The translations under genes and the position numbers were made by a program. Under the pieces are notes generated by a model. That model ran no database searches, was not told the DNA's origin, and was given only the letters and a program-made list of their open reading frames with translations. Below, piece after piece: positions 7,931-17,577 of a stretch of DNA of 64,000 bases. The stretch is from Puniceicoccaceae bacterium (GTDB taxonomy: Bacteria; Verrucomicrobiota; Verrucomicrobiia; Opitutales; Oceanipulchritudinaceae): the NCBI GenBank assembly GCA_040830765.1, contig JBFOMH010000017.1, forward strand, positions 96,001 through 160,000, written 5' to 3'. The stretch's first letter is position 1. Each line of letters opens with the position of its first letter.

Positions 7931-9862
7931 TTACAACGCCTGCTCGGCAGCTTCCCTGCTGTCGACGTGCTCAATGATGAACCGGTAGGTCTTGAGGTTG
8001 TTGAGGAAGGGTCCCCGGATGGATTTTTCATCCAGCACCGCATCGAGGATTTCCTTCCGCAGGGCTTCATCCCTCAATTTCGTCACGGCATTGAAGGCAA
8101 AGGCAGCCTTGTCGCGTCCCCGCCCCTCAACGCTGTCCGACGTGATCAATCGCTTCAGCGCAGCCATGGCGGTGCGGATCTCGCGGCTGGATGCGTTGCG
8201 GTCCATCGCCACCCCGAGCCAGTAGGAGCCGATATTCATACTTGTCCAGCGGCGGGAGCTGCCGTTTGCAGCCCTCACCAGCACGGTATTCGCATTCTCC
8301 TCAAGAATCCCCGTGACGTACTTCATGGCCTCCCGGCTCCTGGAGAGGCAATCCAGGATCTCGATGATGCGGGCCCGCGAATCGTCGTTCGGGGCATTGA
8401 TTAGGGAGGGCAGGTAGAGGTGTTCCCAGAGGTAGTCTTCAATGGCGAGGCGAAGACTGAGGCGCTTCAGGCAGAGCTGCAGTTTACGAGTCGGCAGGTC
8501 GGGACTGTCCCGCAGAATGGCATGGATGAGGATCCGGCAACTTTCGAGGTCACCAATAGCCTCAATTACAGAAAGGATGTCTCCCGTGGCCGGGGTAGCC
8601 AGTTCCTCCTTCAAGAGGATGTTTACTACGTCGACGGCTCCTTCATTGTTGCGGATGGCCATCAGCGACAGATATTCGCCGCGGGCGGGATTACCGATGT
8701 CCTGGACCATCTGGAGGATTTTTTCATCAAGACTTGGATCGACGACAGTCGAAAGCGCATGGGCAGCCAGGCCCTGTAGTTCGTCGTCATCGGACAGTAG
8801 CAACTCGCTCAGGTAAGGGACGCTGGCGCTGCTGGCAAGGACTGATAGAGCCCGCACGGCAACGGCTTGAATGGCTGGATCCCCGCTCTGCGCAATGTCG
8901 AGGACAACGGACTCCAGTTCCATCCATTCCTGGCCAGCGATGGCCCCGATCAGAACGGCTTGTTCCCGCGCATCAAGGAGTTGCCGGTTGTCCACGATGA
9001 AGTCCCGGAGTTGTTTGCTCCCCGTGGAAAGGGCGAGCGAGAGCATGGCACTGTCATCGGAGGGTTGTTCGTTTCCAAGACGCTCTTCCAGGATTTCCAG
9101 GGCGGTTGCTTCCGAATGCTGCAGGATCTGGTAAAAGGCGGCTAGCTTTGTCGTTAAATATTCACTACCCGATAACAAGGACTGCAACTGCCCGATATCG
9201 CAGGACTCCGAGTCGATCAGGGCCAGTTCGAGGTCGGCCCGGGTATCGTCGCTGGCGTTGGCCCATTGGCTATAGAGGAATCCGGCGACGGTGGGCCCGC
9301 CCAGCCGACCCAATGCCGCGACCGATTCCGGACCAAGGCTTGCTTGACCGTTTTCAAGCAGGGAAATGAGCTCCGGGGCAATGGCCGGCGAACCCTGACG
9401 GGCGATGGCCTGCCACCATGTGGTTGATTCCGTGGCATCGGCCGTGGCAAGGCCCTTCAGGATGAGACGGGTCACCTCCTCGCCCGGGAGGGACGACAGG
9501 GTCTGGATGAGATGGTCCCGCAGCACCGGATCCCCGGAAGCCGCCATGGTGGCGTCATAGACCCTGCCGGCTATCCGTGCGGAGGCTGACTCGGCCAGGA
9601 GGCGGGATACGTAGAGCTTTTCCTCGCGACCAATGGAAGTCGAGGCGACAGCTGCGACCAGTTCCGACTCGAGGTCCATCAGTGCGGCAGTGTCCCCGCT
9701 ACCAGCTACCCCGAGGGCGCGGGAATGGAGTTCATTCCGCGCCGACTGGCGCTTTTCGTAATCGGGACTACCGAGGTCCTTGAGAAGGGTATTGATGGTG
9801 GAGTCCTGGGCCCAGAGGCAGGGGACCATAAGGAGAAAGAGGGATATGTGCAAAAGCTTCAT
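7931..9862 (-). CDS. Secreted HEAT-repeat protein
   Basis: Signal peptide; repeated helical units (VAALGRLGG, AVRALSVLAS, AAHALS, VIEAIGD). Confidence 0.75.
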   Translation of the reverse strand: MKLLHISLFLLMVPCLWAQDSTINTLLKDLGSPDYEKRQSARNELHSRALGVAGSGDTAALMDLESELVAAVASTSIGREEKLYVSRLLAESASARIAGRVYDATMAASGDPVLRDHLIQTLSSLPGEEVTRLILKGLATADATESTTWWQAIARQGSPAIAPELISLLENGQASLGPESVAALGRLGGPTVAGFLYSQWANASDDTRADLELALIDSESCDIGQLQSLLSGSEYLTTKLAAFYQILQHSEATALEILEERLGNEQPSDDSAMLSLALSTGSKQLRDFIVDNRQLLDAREQAVLIGAIAGQEWMELESVVLDIAQSGDPAIQAVAVRALSVLASSASVPYLSELLLSDDDELQGLAAHALSTVVDPSLDEKILQMVQDIGNPARGEYLSLMAIRNNEGAVDVVNILLKEELATPATGDILSVIEAIGDLESCRILIHAILRDSPDLPTRKLQLCLKRLSLRLAIEDYLWEHLYLPSLINAPNDDSRARIIEILDCLSRSREAMKYVTGILEENANTVLVRAANGSSRRWTSMNIGSYWLGVAMDRNASSREIRTAMAALKRLITSDSVEGRGRDKAAFAFNAVTKLRDEALRKEILDAVLDEKSIRGPFLNNLKTYRFIIEHVDSREAAEQAL

Positions 9863-9900
9863 AGGGAATGGGAGGTCCAGGTGGTGGTCTCTACAGGGGC

Positions 9901-11169
9901 TCAGGCCGGGAGTTCGTATCCGGCGCGTCGCGGGCGGTCGAGCAGACGGGATGCGGCCGGATCGTCTGGAATAATCTGCTTCACGGGGTCCCAGCTAATC
10001 GGCCGGTTAATCCGCTCGGCGATCCCGGAGAGGAGGCAAATCGTCCCGGAGCGGTGGCCAACCCCGACATCGCAAATGGGCTTTTCCCGGGAGTGGATGC
10101 AATCCAGCCAATTGCCCCGGTGGTCATTGGAGTGATAAAGGCGTTTGTCGGAAGGACTGAGGGGACGTCTTGCAAGGTCCGGAGGATCCGATGCCAGATC
10201 ATCACGACTGACCAGGATTTCCCCCTTCTTCCCGATAAAGCGAATCATGAATCCGTTCATCTCCTTGTGGTCCCGGTATACCCGGAGTCCATTGGCATAC
10301 TCATGGTACTGGTAGGGGCTGCCTTCGTAGCCCTTCGGGACAAACAGGGTTGCGCCACTGTGGTCCATTCCCAGTGCCCATTGAATGATGTCAAAGTGAT
10401 GGGCACCCCAGTCACCCTGCTTGCGGGAGCCATATTCCCAGAAGCGGCGCCAGCCGCCACCGTAATCTCCCCGGGTGCGGTCCTCAAAATATTCTTCATA
10501 GGGAGTCGGGCCGAGCCACTTGTCGTAATTGAATCCCTCCGGGACCGGCTCCGGTTCTCGCAAATACGGTGCAGGGAAGGAACCGAGGAGGGCGTAGATT
10601 TCCTTCAGTTCGCCAATCCAGCCATTGCGCACCATTTCAGCCGCCTTGCGAAAGCGCCAATCGGACCGTTGTTGCGAACCCACCTGCAGGACCCGGGCAT
10701 AGCGCTTCTGGGCTTCCACCATGGCGAGGCTTTCCCCGACCGTCAGGGTCATTGGCTTCTCCACGTAGACGTCCTTTCCGGCGCGCATGGCAGCTATGGA
10801 AATCGCTGCATGCCAGTGGTCGGGCGTTCCGATGACGACCGCATCGATATCCGGGCGCTGCAACAGTTCCTCATAGTGTTCATAGCTGTCACAGGGGCTG
10901 CCGGTGGCCTCCTCGATGTTCTCCTTGTATTCCTCGCGGAACACTTGATTAACGTCGCAAACGGCCACGACCTGCGACCTGTCACGGGAACGGAAATAGC
11001 CACGGTGGCCATCCATAATCTTTCCGCATCCGATAAGGCCGATGTTGATCCGGCTGTTGGGGCTTGTCGCACCTGCGAGGCCAAGCGTCTCGGCCTTGAG
11101 GATCATCGGGGCAAAAATGCTGGAGCTGCACAGGAGGCCGCTCTTCTTCAGAAATGTTCTTCGTTTCAT
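9901..11169 (-). CDS. Tat-exported Gfo/Idh/MocA-family oxidoreductase
   Basis: Twin-arginine MKRRTFLK; GLIGCG; TPDHWH; YVEKP; GSQQRS; DWGAHHFD. Confidence 0.93.
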   Translation of the reverse strand: MKRRTFLKKSGLLCSSSIFAPMILKAETLGLAGATSPNSRINIGLIGCGKIMDGHRGYFRSRDRSQVVAVCDVNQVFREEYKENIEEATGSPCDSYEHYEELLQRPDIDAVVIGTPDHWHAAISIAAMRAGKDVYVEKPMTLTVGESLAMVEAQKRYARVLQVGSQQRSDWRFRKAAEMVRNGWIGELKEIYALLGSFPAPYLREPEPVPEGFNYDKWLGPTPYEEYFEDRTRGDYGGGWRRFWEYGSRKQGDWGAHHFDIIQWALGMDHSGATLFVPKGYEGSPYQYHEYANGLRVYRDHKEMNGFMIRFIGKKGEILVSRDDLASDPPDLARRPLSPSDKRLYHSNDHRGNWLDCIHSREKPICDVGVGHRSGTICLLSGIAERINRPISWDPVKQIIPDDPAASRLLDRPRRAGYELPA

Positions 11170-11276
11170 GGGGTTTCTAAGCGAAGCTAGAAATGGGTGG
11201 ATTCACCAGCTTCTTTTCACTCATAGCGAAGAAACCTGAACGGAAAGAACATACTTCTATCCTTATTGTAGGTAAG

Positions 11277-13919
11277 TCACTTGTACTGAGCCAAGGCTGA
11301 CATCAATTCGGCGTATCTTTGTGATTCCTCCTGATTCAATGCGCTTTCGAGCAGGTTCACCTGCTCATTGGCATCTGCCTGCAGGTCGTAGAGCTCTTCC
11401 TCGCCCGACTCGAAGAGGATATATTTAAAGCGGTCGTCCCGGATGGCCCGGCCGTTCCCGGCTGTGCTGCCGAACTGCTCCATCAGGACATGCGTCTTCC
11501 CGTTCCCGTCCCCGGAGAGGATTCCAACGAGCGAGCCCGAGTCCAGCTGGACAGTTTCGGGAATGACGGAATCGGTGCTGATGCCAGCCAGGTCGAGGCA
11601 GGTCTTGAAGAGGTCGACACAATGGACAAGGGCATCTGTTGCCGGGGCGTCAGTTTTCACTGCCGGGCCGGTTATGAACATCGGGACATGGGTTCCTCCT
11701 TCATAGAGGCTGCCCTTGGAGTGTGGCCGGTCGAATGGCACTTGGACGACTGCACCAGGCGTCCCGTTGTCTCCGATGACGATGATGTTGGTATTGGTGA
11801 GGTCGACCGACTCCAGCAAGCGGGCGATCTCTGTATCAAGCGCCTCGAGTGCCGCCTCGTAGGCGGGGCGCCGGGTACCGCCTGTGGGCTCGTCCGGCAG
11901 GTCGTTGTAGCTGTGCAAGCCGTCCGGCGGCCGGTGAAAAGGCGTGTGGGAAGCGTTGAACCCTATCCAGCAAAACCAGGGATTGTCACCTTGTTGCTGG
12001 ATCCAGGCTGCGGCGTCATCGACCGTCTCGGACGTGGCGTAATTGGTGATCCCTGTCTCCGTGGAACCATTGGTGACCTTGTCCCAGAGGAAGTAGTTTT
12101 CCAGGCCACCGCCGAGGCTGCCCTGGAAGTAGGGCCAACCGCCAATGGTGTTAGGCCGGAGGGCATTGGTAGCAGCGCCACCACCCATGGTTAAGTGCCA
12201 CTTGCCGAATGAGGCCAGCGCATAGGGAGAGTTCGCAGACTGAAAGACTTCCGGGAGGGTGAGTTCCTCCTCTGTCAATTGCATGCTTTGGGTCGCTGGT
12301 GCCCCGATGCCATGACGAAAGGAGTAGCGTCCGGTGAGGATATTGGCGCGAGTAGGGGAGCAGGTAGGCTGGGCGAAGGCATTGTTGAAGATGAGGCCCT
12401 GCCGGGCGAGGTTATCGATTGTCGGCATGGGGGGCAGGGAGGCTTGTAGATTGCTATTGTAGAGACCGGTTGAATCGATTCCCCAATCATCCACGATGAG
12501 GAGGAGAATGTTCGGATGCTCCCGCTTGGCCTCGAGATCCTCCTTGGTGAAGGCGGTCCTCACCGGGCGAACGTAGTTGAAGATGCGGACCTGGTCCAGT
12601 TGTGGCCCGTGACCGCCGGCGTATTCAGCCGGGTCCCCGGTCTTCGGGTCGCTCCGCATGGCACCGGCCCCGTGGGCATTGACCGTCGGTTCGCCGGTAC
12701 TTGAGTCAATTGCACTGGCCTGGCCGAAACAGATGTAGATGGCCCAGCGGAAAAGGTCGTCCCCGAGAGAGGAACTCGTCCAGTACCAGGATTCCATTTC
12801 CGTCAGTTCGAAGATGGGGTCAATAGCGGCAGAGCGATTTTCCGGATCCTCGGCATCGGGTGCCCGGGTGTAATCCACCAGTGTGTGCAGTTCCTTGGGG
12901 TTGGGTAGACGCCAGTCGTCGTAGCCGGCATGCTCGAGGTTTTCCGCCCAATTGAGGGCCTCAATCCAGTCGAGCGCCTCTCCGCTGTCCCCCTTCATCC
13001 ACATGAGGCCGGTGGATAGGTCGGTTATGGTCCCGTCCCCATTGTCGATGTAGTTGTTTTCTCCATACGCATTACCTCCCCGGACACAACGGACAAAGCA
13101 GGTGCCGGTGGGGCCGGAAAGTCCGTTGGGATAGCTCTTGATGCGCCCATCGATAAAGTTGAATCCAAACGTTGAGCTATTGTTGTTCATGGTCCGGCCG
13201 ACATAGGCGTTGGAGGACCAGAATTGACCATCGATATTCCGTTTTGGTCGGTTGGGATTTTCCGCGCTGGCCGGGACAAAGGTGGTCACGGTCAGGGGAT
13301 CGTGCATCGTGAAGTAGGCCGTATCGATGTAGGGCCTGTTGATCGACTGGCGGCTGCTTCCGGTGAAGTCGGCAAGCGAGATAGATTCCTTCATGGTCGG
13401 CAGGCGCCAGTCATCATGACCGCCCAGGACCAGGGATTCAGCATAAGCTTGAGCCGCCTCCCATGTATAAAACGCTTCCGGGGGTACCTGTTGCCACATC
13501 AGTCCGGTGTTGTTGTCAGTTACTGTTCCATTCCCGTTATCTGTATAGCTCGCCAGGGTACCCGCATAAATGGCGTCCTGGCCGTAATAGGCCTCGCCGG
13601 GGGATGGGTTGATGGTGTCGCCGTTGGTGTCATAGGATTGAGCCTGGTTGGTATCCACAACCGCGTAGTTAAGGACATCGTAGACGACCTGGAACCAGCG
13701 GTCCTGGAGCGTACCTACCAGGTGGGGTGACTCGGTGGCTTCCTCCACGAAACTTCCGCCCCCGGGCGCGTCTGAGGCGAAGAGGGTACCCTTGCCCTGC
13801 CAGCTTACCGACATGCCGGAAGGTGACAGAACCACCTCCGGAGCCATCACTACTTCTGCCGATACAGGTTGTGTCGACATGACGATGGAAAGGCCAATGA
13901 TCTTAATAACTCTGTTCAT
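11277..13919 (-). CDS. Secreted fusion: two DUF1566 (Lcl C-terminal-like) domains + sulfatase
   Basis: Two copies of 'DNG.GT.TD..TGLMW...DDWRLP...E'; sulfatase 'PNILLLIVDD', FGly motif CSPTR, GKWH, GDNG, KGSLYEGG. Confidence 0.88.
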   Translation of the reverse strand: MNRVIKIIGLSIVMSTQPVSAEVVMAPEVVLSPSGMSVSWQGKGTLFASDAPGGGSFVEEATESPHLVGTLQDRWFQVVYDVLNYAVVDTNQAQSYDTNGDTINPSPGEAYYGQDAIYAGTLASYTDNGNGTVTDNNTGLMWQQVPPEAFYTWEAAQAYAESLVLGGHDDWRLPTMKESISLADFTGSSRQSINRPYIDTAYFTMHDPLTVTTFVPASAENPNRPKRNIDGQFWSSNAYVGRTMNNNSSTFGFNFIDGRIKSYPNGLSGPTGTCFVRCVRGGNAYGENNYIDNGDGTITDLSTGLMWMKGDSGEALDWIEALNWAENLEHAGYDDWRLPNPKELHTLVDYTRAPDAEDPENRSAAIDPIFELTEMESWYWTSSSLGDDLFRWAIYICFGQASAIDSSTGEPTVNAHGAGAMRSDPKTGDPAEYAGGHGPQLDQVRIFNYVRPVRTAFTKEDLEAKREHPNILLLIVDDWGIDSTGLYNSNLQASLPPMPTIDNLARQGLIFNNAFAQPTCSPTRANILTGRYSFRHGIGAPATQSMQLTEEELTLPEVFQSANSPYALASFGKWHLTMGGGAATNALRPNTIGGWPYFQGSLGGGLENYFLWDKVTNGSTETGITNYATSETVDDAAAWIQQQGDNPWFCWIGFNASHTPFHRPPDGLHSYNDLPDEPTGGTRRPAYEAALEALDTEIARLLESVDLTNTNIIVIGDNGTPGAVVQVPFDRPHSKGSLYEGGTHVPMFITGPAVKTDAPATDALVHCVDLFKTCLDLAGISTDSVIPETVQLDSGSLVGILSGDGNGKTHVLMEQFGSTAGNGRAIRDDRFKYILFESGEEELYDLQADANEQVNLLESALNQEESQRYAELMSALAQYK

Positions 13920-13920
13920 T

Positions 13921-15435
13921 TCAATTATCGTTTGCGGGCAATTGGATCAGGAAGGAAATGTCGTCTTCCCGGTTTCGTGCCAACGACAGCTGTCCCTTGT
14001 GCGCCTTGACGAATTCCCTGGCCAGGGAAAGGCCAAGGCCACGACCTTCTTTCCCGGTCTCACGGGCGGTATCGCTCCGGAAGAAGCGGTCGAACAACTG
14101 CTCAGCGGAGGCCTCGGGAATCGCCGGGCCGGCATTGATGACTTCAATCTCGACAAGGTCTGTCCCGCTCCGTACCTGCACCTTCACGAATCCATCCATC
14201 CGGTTGTATTTTATGGCGTTGGAAATGACATTGAGGATAGCCTGGCGGATGAGATCCCGGTCACAGCTAATGACAATGTCTGCCTCGATTGTCTGCTGGA
14301 ATTGCAGGTCCGGGTCTATGAGGACGGTGTCCTCCATGATCTCCTCGACCATCGCACTGAGATTGACCTCCTTTGCCTCGACCGGCAGCCTTCCGCTGTC
14401 AGCGAGGGACAAGAGGAGCAGTTTGCGCACGACTTCCTTGAGGTTGTGAACTTCCTCGAAGATAGTTGCCAGCTGCTGCTGGGATTCCGTGTCGATACTG
14501 CCTGATTGGACCAGCAGATCGAGGTGCCCCTGGAGGATGGTCAGGGGCGTATTCAATTCATGGGCGGCATCCGCGCTGAAGCGGCGGGACTGCTCAAAGC
14601 TTCGTTCCAACCGGTCCAGCATCTCGTTGTAGACCTGGATCAATTCCGCAAATTCAGGATCCGCCCCCTTGGCGTCGAGCCGCTTGTCCAGTCCTTCAGC
14701 TGTGATATCCGAGGCTGCCGCGGTCAATCGCCTGACAGGCCCCACTGCTTTTCCGGCAAAGTACCAGGCCACCAACGCGATAACAAGCAAGGCAACGGGC
14801 AGGGCCAGGTATATGGCTTTGCGGTAACTGGCCATCGACTCTTCAAAGGACAGCATGTCCCTGGCCAGTAGAAGGACACCAGTCCCGTCGGAAAAGCCAA
14901 GGATTCGCCAACGGGTTTCCCCGCCTTCGACAGTGGTAAAGACTGCATTCCCCATACTGGGGAGTTGCGGTCGGGGTGGGGGTCTCATCCGTCGCTCCGG
15001 TGGGGGCGGGCGGTCCCCGGGAATCCGCTCCGGCAGATTAAATAGCCGCGACTGGACCAGTTCCTTTCCTTCCCCAAGGTAAAGGTCAGGAATCGTTGAA
15101 CCAATGGTTCTGGCGTCCAGACCTTCCGGCCAGTTCTGCCCCAAGTGGACTTTCCCGTCGGGCAGATGGACAAAACTGAAGGCATGGCTGGCTGGTTCCT
15201 CCTCCGTTCCGGCTTCTTCCGGACGCGGGGGTCGAATCCGCTCCGGACTGATAGAGATCATGAAACGCCATCCTTCCTTGAGGGAAGTGGTCACCAGTTC
15301 AGCATCCAGTTTCTGGATCGCCGCAATCCGGACCAGCTGCCAGGAAATACCGATGAAGCTCCCAAGGGCCAGTCCGCTGACAAGCGTCATGATTAGCACC
15401 AGGCGCCAGCGCCACGAGAGGGATTGACGACTCAT
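13921..15435 (-). CDS. Sensor histidine kinase (HAMP-HisKA-HATPase)
   Basis: H-box DAAHELNTPL, N-box NAIKY, 'FDRFFR', G2 GLGLSL; two TM segments. Confidence 0.95.
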   Translation of the reverse strand: MSRQSLSWRWRLVLIMTLVSGLALGSFIGISWQLVRIAAIQKLDAELVTTSLKEGWRFMISISPERIRPPRPEEAGTEEEPASHAFSFVHLPDGKVHLGQNWPEGLDARTIGSTIPDLYLGEGKELVQSRLFNLPERIPGDRPPPPERRMRPPPRPQLPSMGNAVFTTVEGGETRWRILGFSDGTGVLLLARDMLSFEESMASYRKAIYLALPVALLVIALVAWYFAGKAVGPVRRLTAAASDITAEGLDKRLDAKGADPEFAELIQVYNEMLDRLERSFEQSRRFSADAAHELNTPLTILQGHLDLLVQSGSIDTESQQQLATIFEEVHNLKEVVRKLLLLSLADSGRLPVEAKEVNLSAMVEEIMEDTVLIDPDLQFQQTIEADIVISCDRDLIRQAILNVISNAIKYNRMDGFVKVQVRSGTDLVEIEVINAGPAIPEASAEQLFDRFFRSDTARETGKEGRGLGLSLAREFVKAHKGQLSLARNREDDISFLIQLPANDN

Positions 15436-16106
15436 GTCTCCTCCTTTCGGATCCGGTATCCCACTCCACGAACGGTTTCGATCAGGGGATTATTCCTGTC
15501 ATCAATCTTCAAACGTAGTCGTTTTATATATACATCGACAATATTGGTGTTGGGGTCGAAGTCATAGTTCCAGACAGCGTCAAGGATTTGGGTCCGGTTG
15601 TAGACGCGGCCGGGACTACGCATCAGAAGCTCCAGCAAATTGAACTCGCGGGGTGTCAATTCGATGCTCTCATCGCCGCGTTTCACTTCACGGGTGGCCA
15701 GGTTGATGGACAAGTCCTCCACGGCGACCAGGTTCATGCCGCTGCCCGTTGTCCGGCGCACGATGGCATTCAAGCGCGCGATCAGTTCATCGATATGGAA
15801 GGGCTTGGGCAGATAATCATCCGCGCCAAGGTTCAGTCCTTCCAGCTTATCATCGAGGGCGCCGCGGGCCGTGACGAGGATTACCGGGACATTGATTTTG
15901 CGTCCCCGCAGTTCCTTGAGAACGCCAAGGCCGTCCTTGCCGTGGATCATGATATCAAGGATGATGGCATCGTAGGGTGTATGCATGGCCAGCTCCAGGG
16001 CGGTATCCCCGTTGCTGGTCGAATCGAAGCTGATCCCGGTCGCCTTGAGACCTTTCTCCATAAAGCTGCGGATCTTCGCTTCATCCTCTACAAGAAGCAC
16101 TTTCAT
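15432..16106 (-). CDS. OmpR/CusR-family response regulator
   Basis: LLVEDE, LDIM, GADDYLPKPF, winged helix 'NIVDVYIKRLR...IETVRGVGY'; 4-nt overlap with the kinase. Confidence 0.95.
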   Translation of the reverse strand: MKVLLVEDEAKIRSFMEKGLKATGISFDSTSNGDTALELAMHTPYDAIILDIMIHGKDGLGVLKELRGRKINVPVILVTARGALDDKLEGLNLGADDYLPKPFHIDELIARLNAIVRRTTGSGMNLVAVEDLSINLATREVKRGDESIELTPREFNLLELLMRSPGRVYNRTQILDAVWNYDFDPNTNIVDVYIKRLRLKIDDRNNPLIETVRGVGYRIRKEET

Positions 16107-16161
16107 CTTCCCAAAGATGCAATATCAAGCGAATCCGGGCAAGGATTCTAAAATTAATTTT

Positions 16162-16207
16162 TTGTCATCAAAGGGTTCATGGAACGTTCATCTTTCCTGT
16201 GTAGACT
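16162..16207 (+). promoter_or_regulatory. Pho-box-like direct repeat (OmpR-family site) with -10 element
   Basis: TTGTCAT (16162) and GTTCAT at 16175 and 16186 (11-bp period), then TAGACT at 16202, 10 bp after the last repeat. Confidence 0.5.
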
Positions 16208-16250
16208 GCCTTCCAGAAATCAGAAATTTCACATCAAAAAGGAAAGATAC

Positions 16251-16646
16251 ATGAAGAAACTAATCGCAATAATGACGATAGGAATCGTCCTCACCGCCAA
16301 TGCCTTTGCGGAGACGGAAGGCGAGCGTCCAAAGCGGCCTAATCCCGAAGCGTTGGCAGCCAAGCTGATTGCCGACTTTGATACTGATGGCAGTGCCACC
16401 CTCAATGAAGAGGAACTGGCGGAAGCCCTTGTGTTCATGCGGGAAAACCGCCCCCGGCCGCAAAACCGCCCGGAGATGAAGCAGCGCCGGGAGCCGCCCC
16501 CTCCGGAAAAAGTGGCCGAGCGCATGCTTGAGAACCACGATGCTGATGGGGATGCCCTTCTTTCAGAGGAAGAGCTGGTAGAAGCCTTGTCCAGCATGCC
16601 GCGGCCGGGTCGTCGACCAGGCGGCCCCCGTTCTCAGCAGGGTTAA
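16251..16646 (+). CDS. Secreted EF-hand protein
   Basis: Start MKKLIAI after AGGAAAG; signal peptide ending AFA; loops DTDGSATLNEEE and DADGDALLSEEE. Confidence 0.8.
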   Translation: MKKLIAIMTIGIVLTANAFAETEGERPKRPNPEALAAKLIADFDTDGSATLNEEELAEALVFMRENRPRPQNRPEMKQRREPPPPEKVAERMLENHDADGDALLSEEELVEALSSMPRPGRRPGGPRSQQG

Positions 16647-16675
16647 TTTCCTGGTTGTTTGGGAGTACATGCAGG

Positions 16676-16708
16676 AGCTGGCCCATGCCTTTGTGGCGTG
16701 GGCCAGCT
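16676..16708 (+). terminator. GC-rich hairpin after the EF-hand gene (possible terminator or stabilising stem)
   Basis: AGCTGGCCCATGCC-TTTGT-GGCGTGGGCCAGCT; U-tail is weak. Confidence 0.5.
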
Positions 16709-16758
16709 TGACCAATTTCTACCTAAGCCTATCATGTTGTATCTCTTAATTGACCCCG

Positions 16759-17577
16759 ATGAAGTCCTTTAAGTTCATTCTCCTGGCCTTTGTTTCCGGC
16801 GCGCTCGTCGGAGGCATTACTTCCATGTATATCACGGCGGGTTATGAAGGCGATTCAGAACCTGAGGTCCCTCTTTCGCAGGAGCAGAGCGTTGCCAGTG
16901 ATCCAGGTGATGACAGAACCACGCTGCTGAAGCGCATTCGCGAACAGGAGGCCGAGATAGCAGTTCTCAAGTCCGGTAACCAAACTATTGATCCGCCTGC
17001 CGCGGAAGGTGAGGAAGTGAATCCCGAAGAGGCGGAACAGGACGCACGCAGGGATTTCTTCCGGTCCCGGATGGAGGAACGGATGAATCAGCGGGTGGAG
17101 GAAATGGCAGTCAACCTTGGCCTGAACGATGGACAACGTCAATTGCTTCAGGAAGTCTACCGCCAGCAATTCGAAAATCTGCGGGCCCGGCGAAGCGGGG
17201 AGGAAGTAGCACCTTTCAATTTTGACGGGGCTGTGGAAAGTATCCTTTCCCCGGAGCAGTTTGAGAAGTATCTCGAGACTTCCCAGCAGGAAATCTACAA
17301 CCGCGCTGAACTGATGGCGACCACACAGATGGTCCGGCTCTCGCAATCAGTGGAATTAACCTCCGAGCAGGAAGGCCTTGTCTATGATGCGATCCACTTT
17401 ACTGCCCAGGAGGCCATGATTTCCCGTCAGACCGGGTCCGACTACAATATGCGCGAAGTCGTCAATGAAAGGCTTTCGACTATTCTTACGGAGGAGCAGT
17501 TCAAGGCTTACCAGGAAAGCGGAGGTGGATTTGGTGGCGGTCCCGGACGTGGCCGGGGTGGATTCCCGCCTCCTTAA
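16759..17577 (+). CDS. Hypothetical membrane-anchored helical protein (Spy/CpxP-like LxxEQ repeats)
   Basis: N-terminal TM segment; LNDGQ, LSPEQ, LTSEQ, LTEEQ motifs; Gly/Arg/Pro-rich tail. Confidence 0.6.
   Translation: MKSFKFILLAFVSGALVGGITSMYITAGYEGDSEPEVPLSQEQSVASDPGDDRTTLLKRIREQEAEIAVLKSGNQTIDPPAAEGEEVNPEEAEQDARRDFFRSRMEERMNQRVEEMAVNLGLNDGQRQLLQEVYRQQFENLRARRSGEEVAPFNFDGAVESILSPEQFEKYLETSQQEIYNRAELMATTQMVRLSQSVELTSEQEGLVYDAIHFTAQEAMISRQTGSDYNMREVVNERLSTILTEEQFKAYQESGGGFGGGPGRGRGGFPPP

Noticed and set aside
9868..11190. Long antisense ORFs (e.g. 9868-11190+, 22130-23497-, 33436-34749+, 47767-48834+, 61807-62850+)
   Set aside because: Each lies opposite a gene with clear family motifs and has none itself; typical shadow ORFs of GC-rich DNA
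12540..13560. Diversity-generating retroelement targeting the DUF1566 domains
   Set aside because: No reverse transcriptase and no near-identical template repeat noticed in this window
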